In this document: positions 1 to 13,112 of the stretch, one piece after another
Layout: each line of letters begins with the position of its first letter
How positions within the stretch are numbered: the stretch's first letter is position 1
Translations under genes and position numbers: made by a program
NCBI GenBank assembly: GCA_051362555.1
Contig: CM120645.1
Coordinates: 18,910,001-18,974,000 of the forward strand
Length of the DNA stretch: 64,000 nt
Origin: Lingula anatina
Taxonomy: Eukaryota; Animalia; Brachiopoda
Direction: 5' to 3'
The notes under the pieces: generated by a model
What the model was told of the DNA's origin: nothing
Databases searched by the model: none
The model's input: the letters and a program-made list of their open reading frames with translations, nothing else

Positions 1-1833
1 AAAAATTGTATTTTTAGGTTTTAATATTTTTAAAGACCTATCTATAAAAATCGCCCATACAACATCTACAGGGCCCGCCCTATTTTCCATCAACAATGAC
101 ACTAATCTTAAATAATCAAAAGTTCATCGGTTTGTGACAGCACTTACGAAACTTCAACAAAACGATAAATACTTACAGATCCAACTACATTCTTGTCGCT
201 GCCAGTCACTGTTCAAAATATATAATGTTGACGTATCTTAGTCTTAAGTTAAAAGTTGGATGTCGCTGTCATTCTACTAAGATCTATCCTCTTTCAGGTT
301 TCGACGACTCTCAAGTGTGGAATAATAATTTATTCTTTTGCGTTAACATAAAAAACTATCAAAAACTCCTGAGGCATTTCTTTCTTACACGTGACTGGCC
401 CCTGCCTTTAAATGAGGCCAATAGTCGCTGTGGGACCTGGTGCGTAGTGTTCCGAGCGAATGAGTTAACTTAAGTTACGTGCTCAAGACAGACTTGCACA
501 CCGGGGGGAGGGGGGGGGGAGCAAAAGAGTATAAGTCTCACACGTTCGTCCACGTGCTCGCGTTCACACTTACAAAAAACACACGTAAACAAATGGGAGC
601 ACACTGCCACACACAAACGTCAGATGTGCACCTGCAATCAGCAATGCACAGACACAGTCGAAAACGTGAACACGTCGACTTGAGATATGTTTTTTGTTCC
701 GTCCCTGTCACAGTTTTTTAACCTTCTTTTTCTGGCTTTTTTGGAAAAGAGCAATTTCCGTCGCAGGATCTATTAGGTATGCTGACAAGATTATCTATTA
801 TCACTCATGGTTACCTATCTAGTGAACTGCAACTGATACTGTTTCATTTCATAACAATACAGCAGTGAGAAAAGAATACCAACGGCAACCTCCGGCATTT
901 GATTAACAAGAACATGAGATGACGTAAACGGGAACACGAACGGAACAGCTTGAATTGTAAAAAAAAAAATGCAATATTTCTTCGCATATGCGCTTCATAC
1001 CACACAAACGAAGACACAAGAACTATAGTGCCCGGCAAAATAGACCTCTATTGACAACTGACTGAGATACAACTGTTAGCATTTCACGTATAACAGGTTT
1101 CTTCGAATGCACCCGACACAAGGAAGAGCTTTCATGATGACGTGAAGCATTTGATACTTAACATACTGCTGATCGTGTTAACCAATGCCGCTTGCATTAA
1201 AGCAAAGATAAGAATACGGAAAGAATAACCTACAGAAACCATAAAAATTAGTTGTAAGACGTGACTTTGTATTTCTACCCTGTATTTTATAGCCATTCTG
1301 TGCTCAAGTGACACACCACGGATAATGAAAATATTCCATATATTTATAATGATTACAGTATTTCAATGATAAGCGTTTTGATGAATTAACCATATCTTAT
1401 TATCTATCCGGTATCAATCCACATGATTTGACCACATGTTACTGGTATATACACTACAATACGACATATTACACCCTTAGAAGACTAGTAGATAAGACAT
1501 AAAGCATCTTGATAGAGTTAATGGCCATAAATTAACCTCATTTTTCAGCTGTCTGTGTTTTGCTATATTTTTGGAAAGAATCTTGAAATTTGATGAGGGA
1601 GAAGGGTGCTCCAAGCGTTCTACACATACGCTCCACGCCTACAGTGTACTTGTATGATGCATCAAGCGTCCGGAACCGCGCAAATTTAGATATAAACGTA
1701 ATTTAGAATTGAGCTCGAAATGCGGACACCGTTGGATACTTTAGTTAGGATAACGCTTTAGTGTAACCTTCCAGATTCGCGGTCGAAATCGTTACGTCTA
1801 AACGCTACAGAGGAAATCCACACTGACAAGAAT

Positions 1834-2381
1834 CAGGCCTACCCAACTACCAGACTCGCCACCTAAGGATCCTGAATTAACCGGTATATCGGACCACACT
1901 ACCCGTTTTCAAGGTGTGTGTCAGATCGTATTTCGGAGTATCATACCCAGAACAAATTTTGTAGGACGACTGCGAGCTCATCCACGCTCGACTGAACAAC
2001 CTGAAACAGTACTCTTACTTTAGAGTACTCTATTTCATTGTCTCTATGGGGGTATATGGGGACTTTACGACATTCGGTTTGAATGTTTTAACCACTTTTG
2101 ATAGGGCTATTTTGCATTGTATTAGATTAATGTGGCAGTCTAAGGTTCATCTAGGTGGCTTTCAAATTTATGCACCCGGTTTTAAAATCATATAGCGATT
2201 AAATACGACAATCATTTACTATCCAATCAAGGTGACAGCCGAGCGTGGGCTCATCCTGTCGGTGTTCTGACTGATACTCCGAAATGCGATCTGACACACA
2301 CCTTGAAAACGGGTAGTGTGGTCCAATATACCGGTTAATTCAGGATCCTTAGGTGCCGAGTCTGGTAGTTGGTTAGGCCTG
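1834..2381. mobile_element. Non-autonomous DNA transposon (MITE) with ~115-bp terminal inverted repeats and 5-bp TSD
   Basis: CAGGCCTAcccaactaccagactcg...ccgttttcaaggtgtgtgtcagatcg is mirrored at ~2262-2381. AGAAT lies directly on both sides (1829-1833 and 2382-2386). Confidence 0.88.
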
Positions 2382-5300
2382 AGAATGACCAGTTTCAATC
2401 GTTTAATGTGAACTCGTTGCCTGCTCAGGTACATTCTGATTCCCTATTCAATATTACACACTTTTAGTACGTACTCCAGCCAATGGCTTCATGCACTTCT
2501 TATCACTGGCTTCTTAATGCGACAGGTACACAAGCCTTACTCAGCCTCTTCAAAATTGACACAATGTATTATGGAGAATAATAAAAATTATGACTTGAAA
2601 TTATTGACATCGTCCATGAATTATTAAATGTCTCCGACATATCCGTTTATAAAGCGTTTTGAAAACATTTAACTTTTAAAGTTCAAACTTTGAACTTTCT
2701 TTTTAAAAAAAGAAGAACCGGTGGAAAATGGTGTTCGCATACATACTCAAACCTCTACAGGACGATCTTCATTTTCTTTGCCAAAACATTTAACACTGGT
2801 ATAATTTATCCAGAGGCGATGTTAAACTTCGTTTGTGGCACTTGTAAACAGGTCAATCAAATGCTGTTATCGATCGAAGCTTGCTCCCTGTTGAAGTGAG
2901 GTATTTATATTTTTCACTCATCTAGGACTAATTATCTTAGAGCATATCCGATGTTAGACTCTTTTGGGTTTGTCCACATCTTAATAACTTTGGTCCTATC
3001 CAGGAAAATAAGGCCATTTCATATCTGGATAACATAGGTCTTTTCACTGTTTTGAAAGCTGATGTATAACTAGGCGTTTCCATGGCCATTCTTTACTAAT
3101 ATATTTATAAAAAGCACTACGATAAAACACCCGGGCGCTCAGTTACCGGGTTTCCCTTCGTGTCGTCGAGTTACACGAGATAAATAAAGCAAGGCTCTCA
3201 TTTTGGGGTTCACATGAGAAAGAAAGATATTGAAATAAGACGCTGACACTGACATACGTACTCAACTTTCATCGTTTCGTAATTTCCTCTCCCTGTAAGC
3301 CCAAACAAATGAAAACGCCCAAAGGACATATAATTTTAAGCTGTGGCAAAAGCATACATTGGACGGGGCCATTGTTAACTGTCCAGTCATGATGTTGGAA
3401 TATGACACAATGATTGACCGGGTTAATTTTAATTTCCGAGCAACACACCCTTTTTTAAGTTGCCCCCTAGATTTGTTTTGTTTATCTCAAAGGATCCAGA
3501 GGATGCTTCGTCAGAAATGAAGTTGATCAATAACTGCACTTATAAGTAACCAAATTTCAAAAGTTAAAGATAGAGGGATCTAATTTTTCTATCAAAATAA
3601 AACAATTTTTGTTTAGTACTGAAATTTACCGTGTTCACATCATTCGAAGTGCATTAACGATGAAAAAATTAATATTCCAGATCAGAAAAATATTCATTAA
3701 GCCCGTACAAAAGTAAAAAACGATCACGAAAAAGCGTTTCAATGCACAGCTTATGACGAACCAAAAAGGTGGAGATACCGTAAACCAGGCATCGAAAATG
3801 CAATCAAAATCCCTGTAATTAACTCGTCCTTCTGCGTCCTTCACAATAATTTTGAAACTGAGAGTGATGTGCCTACGTAAGTGCATGAGTATCGATTTTA
3901 AGAATATGAATATTATATACGGGACTCTGCCAAACACATCTGAGCATCAAGATCAAACTGACAACATTTAAGGTCCCCTCAACAACATCTGAACAATAAC
4001 ACTCTGGATTGCACTTCTTAATTTCTGTGAGTAGGGTTATTCCCATGCAAGAAACGAAATCCAAAGCAGATGTCAATGTCAATGCTTTGATTAGACATAG
4101 AAACTGTTATCAAAGTATTTTCAAGACACATTTAAACATACCAGCACTTATCAGAAGTTTCCGTGTGCGACATTAGCGCTTGATACTGTATTGCCAGTAA
4201 AAAACGAAGTGTATGAAAGCATCTGTCACTGCAAGAGAAAGAAGGTACGATCTCCCTATATAGGCCTATATATATTCATACATCCCTTCTGAGTCTGCCT
4301 CGAACCACAAAAGTAAAGGGATGGATTGTTTGCCGAAATTACAGGCATTAAACCGATTTGATCTTGTACATAGATAAGAGATGCATACTAACACCGTCTA
4401 CCATGGCCCTTATGTGAACAAGGCAACAAGACGCTGATGACACCACACGATGCTGTAACCACAATGACTAAACTCAAAGTAGGGAAGGAAGGGGCATTGT
4501 TGGCGAGATGTACGCTATTTAAGCTAATTTTGATCCCGTTTTCGATAATTTCTCTCTTAAGATACCAATCCCAATATTGCATTTACCACGAAAAAAAAAA
4601 AAAAAACCAAGATAAAAATATCCAAATTTTTGCAACGTCTTCCCCTCTATCAGAACTTTAAACATGGCACGCGATCATTATGAGATTCACAGTTTCAGAC
4701 TTCCCATATGATCATATAGCTACATGTACATAACCCTGTTAAAATGACACTGACGCTTGAGTACAGGCCTACATGTTGTCAAGCTGTTTATATTTATTAA
4801 TGGATATCCAGGTCAATGTCTTCCTGAAAACAACGCCTTCCTCCGCTGACAGGACCGGCACTTTGTTAGGCAAGGAAGAGATAGAAGAAAATATAATGGA
4901 CTTTTATTTAAAGCCCTCCCCCCTCCCTTCAACCGAGAACTTTTTGCTTCAACCTGTGCCTTCCCCTCCTCCCTGTCAGCTCTTTATTTCACCTTAACTT
5001 TCAGAACGTACACAGATCATTTAATATAATAATTAAAATCAATTAACGTGCCTCAGAGAATTTGACAGCTGATTTGAATTGTACCCAGTGTTCACTAGCA
5101 GGACCATTTAAAAACACAAATGCAATGCACCAACAGGAAAGTCACCTCTTTAAAATGTCAGTTTATCAGTGCCATACAAAGCACAAGTGCTGGTTAGGGC
5201 AAAGGGTACAAGAGATAGAATTCCCTGGTTGGGGTTAGGTTGTCCTTAGTCTTCTACAGCTAAGGGATGTCAAAACATGTCAAGTTTCCTTTATGAATTG

Positions 5301-8300
5301 AGATCTAAGATTATATACATGTATAAGCATCCCACCTGCAGCAACCAGCAGTCGTTTAACAGATGGAAAACGGCATCACTCCCTTACGTGCAAGACCTAT
5401 AGACCTACCTTAAGGGAACCTGAGTTGTACTTATTGCTATTATTAGGTCACGATCAGAAAAAAACTAATGGATACGATTCCACTGTATATACCTGCCATC
5501 GTTATAAATCAGGCAATGTCATTTCATAATGGTAACTTAGAAGCCATTGCTACGTTACTTCACCACGGTTTGCACGGCATATGCTGTCTAGTAATTCAAA
5601 CGTTGGACACGTTCACTGACCATTCAACAGTCACGCCACGATACCCTCACTTACCATGCCTCTGTAACTACTTAATCAGACAAGAGAAATCCTTCAGCTC
5701 TTTTTTTCCTCTTCTTTTAAATCCGATATGCCCAAAACACAACTCTGCGTATATTCCGTAAATGTTCAATCGAAATTGTAGCCGCGGATCTCTAAGTAAT
5801 GTACGTTTAATCCCTTGACGTTAGTCGCATGGATCTAGCGACGGATGGCCTGACCTAAAAGAAAATGATATTAAACCCTGCTTGTCCTATGGGGTACCTT
5901 ACGCGACACGCGAGTACACAATGACACTATAACGACTCGAGCCCCGCAGTCTTAAGTATAGGCATCGTTAAGATAATTTGTGGACGCCCGTTTTGCGGCT
6001 ATGAATTAAAGAGACCAACTTTAAGTGATGCTAAACGCTATCATTGAAACAAATGACTCGCATGGAATTCAAATTTAACTTGCTAATAGGCCTTGGTTTG
6101 TTTCACGCGTTTTATGAGTTGTGTATACTTTAATACGCTTTTAGATGATTGACGTTTCATGACACGAAAAGACCTAAACATTATTTTGGGAAGTAATAGG
6201 GATAAGAGAGATTCACAAGAATATCACACCAAATGTAATGTCTTACAAGTGGCTGTCTTAGCACAGGGTCATCTTGTGCGCTACTGCAAATACATTTGTA
6301 TAGAGCTATGACCGAATAAGAATAGCAAGAAGTGTAGATGGTTTTGACTCTTTTCTACGATAAAAAGTTTTGAGCGTTTTCCGTAGGCATTTGTGCGTGT
6401 TCAACAAAATGAAAAGACATGCGATAAAAGAACGGAGTATGAAGCTAAACTGAGAGAAAAACACACTTTAAAAAATATCATCACCAGGAAGTAGCTGATA
6501 TATTAACGCGTGGATCCAAAATTAACTTTCTGCTTGTCGCTAAGGAAATCTCAGCGTTGGTTTTAATATTAAATATAGTTGAGAAATCCGTGTCTTAGAG
6601 TGACATCAAGCCTGGTCCTTTTGAACTAACATTGAAAAGTGTGCCAAGAATATAATTGTTTACAAAAAGAGATGACTGTCATAGCATGTCATTAAGGTGT
6701 GGTCGGCTTTTATATCGGCTGTAGAAAAACGGGAAACATCTCCGTACGTAAAAACAGTCCAGGAGTATCACTTTGCAGTTTGTGCCGTGACTGAGCCCAG
6801 TTTTCGGCAAGGGTTGCTCAAAGGAAAAAAAACGCAATAAATGATGGTTCCTCTGTTACCTTGTTTCTCTACGTAATCCAGATTATCTTTCACATTGTCA
6901 GAATAGACGTGTCAACAACCTGTCACTTGATTAGTACTTTGGTTCGACAGCAACAAACTTTTGGTAATATATTGCTGTGGACCCTATGTAGTTAAAGACA
7001 ATTTTCAGAGTAACAAATGACCACACTGTATGACTATGTCGTGCAACGCCTATTTCAAAAGGCATGACTGATCGAAGTAATCACGGAAGCATAGTAAAAG
7101 GAACAACTTTGTAATATCAAGTAAATTAGTGCACCTTTAAATATTACAGTGCATAACATTAAATAATTATATTACAGTAAGTAAGTGAATGAAGTTACAC
7201 ATTTACGCCGTTTCAGTATTTATTGAGATTTTTCTGTTAGATCTTTATTAATGAATAAAAGTCCGTCATCCCTGATGTCTACAATTCTGTCAAAAGTCTA
7301 TCTCTCTCATAAGGTTCAGAAACGCTAGTTAGATAGTAGCTAGCTCGCATTTGAGACCCATATCTTAATCTATCACAAGTACAATCGATATTCATACTTG
7401 ATATTTATATTTATGAGGTGAATGAGTTAAAGTAACTGAGTCTTCAGTATGTAACTGGATATACATGTACTTATATTAGCATAAAAATTGTTCTCAAAAT
7501 GTGTATAACAGTTTAGATTGGTGTCTAAGATAACATGGAAAAGGATAGTCTGTCATAAAGACCTGCCCTCGTAAACAAAATACAGAAAATAAAATATTAG
7601 TAGGACTGCATTATAAATAAATAAAACTGCATTATAAATAAAAAAACATTGCTTTGACCTAACTTCTGTCAAATACGACAAATCTTATCATCTTTATCTA
7701 TATCGTGACTTTCTCTATATCGTGACTTTCTCTAAATCTTGTGCGACCAAGTGTCCGTTTTCACTTCAGCGAAGACACTACTCTACTGCCATGTACGCTG
7801 TGCTATGTTTTGGGAACAATCTTGTCGCTAAAAAGAATTGAATTCTTTCGAGTAATGCTTCTGTTGTTTTGATTTTGTTTAAGGTCACGTATAATCACTA
7901 CTGCAATATTTGTCAAAAGGCTAACTGGTGAGCGGTGAGGGGGGGGGGGGGAGCGGTGCACACCTCAGCACAGTTAAAAAAAGGAAACTGTTTTGTCTAA
8001 AGTTGGTCTCATTTCTAGAACCGAAAATTCTAGTCTTCTTCAACCAAGGATAAAGCCTTGTTTACCACTAACGTGGAGTGACTCTCGGTCGAAAAGATCT
8101 ATTTTTTTCTTTGTGCAAAACAGATGTAATGTTGTTATTTTGTAGCCTCCCAATGCTTAATAGCGAGTCAATGAGCCCGTGCCTTGGACTCTTTTGTTAA
8201 CATTTAAAGTGAGCATAAAGAAAGACGTCAAAATATCAAAAGAACTCTGCTTATGACGGGCGTGAAGCCTACAGCTTCATATCATTAAACAAGAAAGGCT

Positions 8301-10364
8301 TTCTTGTGCGCTGTTGCTCAAAAAGGTTGGCACACCTTTCGACAGTTGTAAATTTTACGTAAATAATAATTAATCTGCTATTAACAATAATCTTGGCCCA
8401 GACACGAAATGAAATGTAAAGATTTGAAATACAAAAATGTTTTAAAAACTTTTTGAGCAACAGTGTATATTTTAACTTAGACCCGGTCAGTAAAAGGATA
8501 AATATGAAATGAAAATAAGATGCCTTGAGGTGCAACTGTATGCTAAACAAAACGGCGATAAAAATACATAGACGGAAGATCACAGAAGATCACAAATTTT
8601 ACTTCTGAACATTTTTCTTAGTTACTCATCACAAACCACTTCACGTCCCCACGCCCTTACACTTTTATCATATGAACTGTACTTTATCTATGCTTTCTCT
8701 ACATTTAATTTCAATTCACAGTACAGTGTTAGCTCGGAGGGTCGCAGTCTTGGAAAATTCTCGCCCACGACCTTAAAATCGTATTAAAATCATACTCCAA
8801 AACTCGTTCCTCTTATCAAAATCGTGACCCATGTTTACGATCAAATCACACAATGCATAGTGCAAAAAAATATGATACTTTCTTTTTTTTCGATTATTCG
8901 TGTTCTGTTGAAGGCGTTGTCAAGCATTGTTCAAGTTCAGACCGCTGTGACAGGAATATTATTTATTCTATACACAAACTTTACATTTATAACACAAAGA
9001 GAGACAAAGCCACCTTCCACACACCATTCACACGCTGAGAATAAAAATTCTTGCAAATAATGATGTGAAATACATGTAGAAAATTTAAGAGAATCTTAGT
9101 AGGCTATCGCAAATATTCTTTACAGTTTTTTCTTTTGATCAGCTGCCTTTTGAGGACCCAGTAGATATAAGGACTGAATTTTTTTGCTTTTTCCAAATTC
9201 TTCTTGCAAGCATCCCAGAGCGGTTTAATTTTATTCTGTCTGCAAAGAGTGAGACATTTCTTAATGTGAAGGAGTAGTAGATTAAGGCCTATGCAAGGGC
9301 ACAGGAATAACTGTCCTAGGGACGAAATTCTGAGGTCCCGTATGAGAAGTAGGCTACAGGTTAGGGTAAGCCGAAGTATGGGGTTAGTGTTTTGGGGCAT
9401 GTGGGACCTGTACAAAGAGATGGAGAACGTATTGCCATACGGTCCGCCTTTCGTCCTTTAAAAAATCAAAAGTTGTGGACCGTGCCTCCTCCCCAACACC
9501 CTCCCCTTCCCACCCAGTGAAAACCTTAGTCTCGTTCTCCTTTGACAGGAGTTAGCCTACTCAACAAGACACGTTTCCTGGAACAAAAACATATTGATCC
9601 TGATACTATTACTGTGGGGATGAAAGGATCAATTGTCAGGGGTTTCATTACAACTCAAAGCAATCTCCGTAAATCTTCCAAAACACCTCGGCAGACTTGG
9701 CAATCCACGGATTCAGCGTACGGAGCCTACTAGGCCTAGTCGTTTCCTCTCCCTGGATCCATGAATAAGAACTCATTCATCATTTTATCATTAGCGTTTA
9801 TGCCATTTATCACCCTTTGTGTAATTCACATAACCATTTTCGGAGAGCTGAACGTATCCCGCACGCAATGAATATTTGGATTATAGTGATGTGAGTTGTG
9901 AGTGTGGCTTTCGCACAAATCCCTTGAACAGGCCTATAAGCCTGCCGAGTGCAAACGACTTGGGAAGGGGCAAGAGCGAAAGGTGGGGAGGGGGAGGGGG
10001 TCTAAGCGTGGCACTTACACGGTTGGTTACATGCTGTAAATTGGGTTGTTGCTCATAATTTCTGGAACGTTCGTCTTTCCAAATACCTAATGCCAAATAC
10101 CTCATAACGAAAAATTCATCATAATAAAAATGATTTTAAAAAATTGCGTCCATCACTTCAAGAACATTTTAAAAGCATATTTCGTTCATTATTTGCCATT
10201 AAATCTTTTTAAAAATATCATTCTTTCAAATTTTTTTGTCATAAATACTTATTATTGTTTTGTCAAAACGCATTTATTCGCAGCAAGCGACGATGAATGT
10301 GTTGGATGAGCGTTCTCCACAGTCATTCTCAAATTCATGATTGTGTTAGACCAAAATCTGGGCA

Positions 10365-10412
10365 CTTGCTTCCGGTAATGCGCACGCATAGTCTAGCTTC
10401 AAAATGGCCGCC
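10365..10412 (+). promoter_or_regulatory. DCP1 housekeeping-type core promoter / 5' leader
   Basis: ETS-like CTTCCGG (10369-10375), NRF1-like TGCGCACGCA (10379-10388) and YY1-like AAAATGGCCGCC overlapping the start codon, in a CpG-retaining context with no TATA box. Motif matches only. Confidence 0.55.
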
Positions 10413-10535
10413 ACCGCGGACGAAGTACGGATGAATTTAGCTGCTCTGCAGCAACGTGATCCATACATAACGGGCATTATTGATACAGCCAAACAAGTGG
10501 CACTGTATTCCTTTAATTCAAAGGATAGCGAATGG
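10404..10535 (+). CDS. DCP1: DCP1 coding exon 1
   Basis: ATG at 10404. Encodes MAATADEVRMNLAALQQRDPYITGIIDTAKQVALYSFNSKDSEW. Donor gtaagt at 10536. Confidence 0.95.
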
Positions 10536-13061
10536 GTAAGTTGTGTATAGCTTGGAGCTGCGACTGTGGAGAATAAAGCCTCTTTCGTTCTTCCCATTCA
10601 ACATTATCACTGTAAAAGCTGCATGTGTTTCCTTGTCATGACTTATGGTGTTTGGGCTGTAGTCTCTGTAAACAGCGCAATGTAATCGATGGATAGGAAA
10701 AGTTTAATGCTAGTCGGCTACTGACAGTCGTTTCATTTTACACTCAAGACTGACACACGTCGCTTGGTTTATTCTTGTCTGCTACTAGTAATTACAGATA
10801 AGCTGTGGCACTTACTATGGCGCAGTAGCCATCAAGTCTGTGCTCTATGTAATACTCAACAAGGTAGACTTCAGTGCACTATATAGGGGGGAACGACATG
10901 CTGGGTAAGTGGGTATGGAAAGTATCTCACAAATGCAAAAAAAAAAAAAATGCATTTGCACCAGTAGCAGTCTCATGATCGTTGTTTTTGTATGGAAATG
11001 TATCTCACTGAGTTATTTAAACCAGAAAAGAGAGAGAACAGAGTATTGGGGGGGAAGGGGGCAGGACTCTTAAGTTGGAAGGAGTGAAATGTGCTACTTT
11101 GAACACACAGATGCTTTCATAATAGACTAAATTTTCTGACTCTGGCACTCATATAATTTTTCTGTGTTTACAATAAAATGTCAAGGAGCTAACATGAAAA
11201 TTCATGCATTAGCTGTGTTAGCGCATGGAAGATATGGGTGTGGACAAGTGTGAAATACCTTGGTTTATCATCAATGTATGCATGGTAGTAAACCAGGAAA
11301 GACTTAAAGCTTCCGAAAGCCTATTTTGGCAACCGTAATCATTTTCATAGCAATTCTATATAAACCTATGACACTAAAGCACTTAAGTGAATAAATTGCT
11401 GTAAATAGGATTAATTAATTACTCGAGACATATTATAAGGACTACTGTTACTACTAGTAACAAAATTCTCTGCACATTGGTACTCAATGACTGCAGTTCA
11501 AGTCTCATGTGAGATGTACAAGGCTTTACCCACCTTGGAGAGCAGGACATTGAACCTGTATACATTAACAAATTTTCCTGCAGAATCAAGTTTCCTATCT
11601 CAAAACAAAGAAACTTGGTATTTTTTTAACTTTCCTCAATTTTTAAACTGTTTCAATAGATTTACTTAATAATTAGAGGTAGACAGAAGTGTAATGAGTA
11701 AATCATGGAAACTAAACTCCCTTGCCTTACCCTCCACCCCATCATCTGCCTTTTGCCATTCTCTCAATATAGTGCTGTTTATGCCACAGCTTGCTATTAT
11801 GTAAACCTGTATTTTCCTTATTTTGCAAACACCTGTGCATTTCTCAACAAGTACATTATCAGTGATTACATCATATTACTGAGCTAATAATGCTACGTAA
11901 CTCAACCATATTCCACCTTCACTGCAAGCTTGAAACATACATAGCTGGTTCTCCTTTACAGATATGTTTGTGGGTCCCATTCCTTTCCTATAATAGGAGG
12001 AGGGTTATGATTGCCCAGTTTCGTGTACATAGGCAGAAATTTAGCACTCTTTCTGTACGTGGAAGTCCTCGAAGGAAATGCACAAAAAAGCAAAGGATTG
12101 AGCAAACGAAGCTGTCGGTTTATAACATACAATCCTGTACATCACTGCAAAGGACAACACCACATCGATTCCAAACAATCAAGGCTTCGCACATTCAAAT
12201 GTTGTCTACAGTGAAATTATGCATTTTACACAATGTTCCAGTGTAAGAAATAGCCCCGTTTTGACTGGTATATCTCACTGATGCTCAGAGAACATCTACC
12301 ACAATCTGGCTAGTGTGATGACCACTAGAAACAACAGTCAACACAATCAGAGGCCTGTCAGTGACATAGGTTACTATAGGCTTCAGAATCACCAGGAAGG
12401 TGTCAGGGCACTACAGTGTTTAAAATGAATTTCAATATGAGTAAATTTTATTTTATTTCCCCTATCAATGTTTACTAGTTTCCTTTTTTGATCTGTTGTT
12501 ATTTCCATTGTAGAAAATTTGTAGAAATATTCACTTAGTTTGTGAGGAATGTTAATTAACCAGAGGAAAACCCGAGTTGGTCCATATTTGATTAAGAAGC
12601 CCACATACTTGAGAGAACTATCATCCAAATATCTATAGTGTTAGTGCAGCATAAAAAAACCTTTCCTGAATTATCCCGAAAAGTAAACTCTATGGCTTAG
12701 ATACTGTCATTAAGTTAGAAGATTTAAAAATGAAATAAATTTTTTCCCACTTAAACAAATAGTTCTTGTACATAAAGAAAGCTTTGATGATAAAATCATA
12801 TTTCTGATTTTATTTAATGAAGAAAAAGAATAAGAGGCCAAGAACAATCAAAATATAGAAAAAAAAAAAAATGAAGGCGAATGAACTTTTAGGTCTATAG
12901 ACTATACTGGGAGTTGGAGCTGGCTTCATGCTTTCTCTTCCTAACTAGTGTGATTTGTCATGCAGTCTGGTGTGCCTAGCACAACGATGATTACTTTCCT
13001 CCTGATTAACTTTCACCAGCCGGGTTCGTGCTGTAAAATTAATGACCCCACTTGGTAACTT

Positions 13062-13112
<51 letters not shown>

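Noticed and set aside
9300-9400. gggac-gaaattctgag-gtccc hairpin as a hammerhead ribozyme, and nearby ttaggg as telomeric repeat
   Set aside because: Core elements are in the wrong arrangement, and there are only isolated TTAGGG-like words.
225-10105. Short ORFs (60-104 aa) in the first 10 kb and similar ones elsewhere in the ORF track
   Set aside because: No recognisable domains, AT-rich or microsatellite-derived composition, and no exon chains. Treated as chance ORFs.
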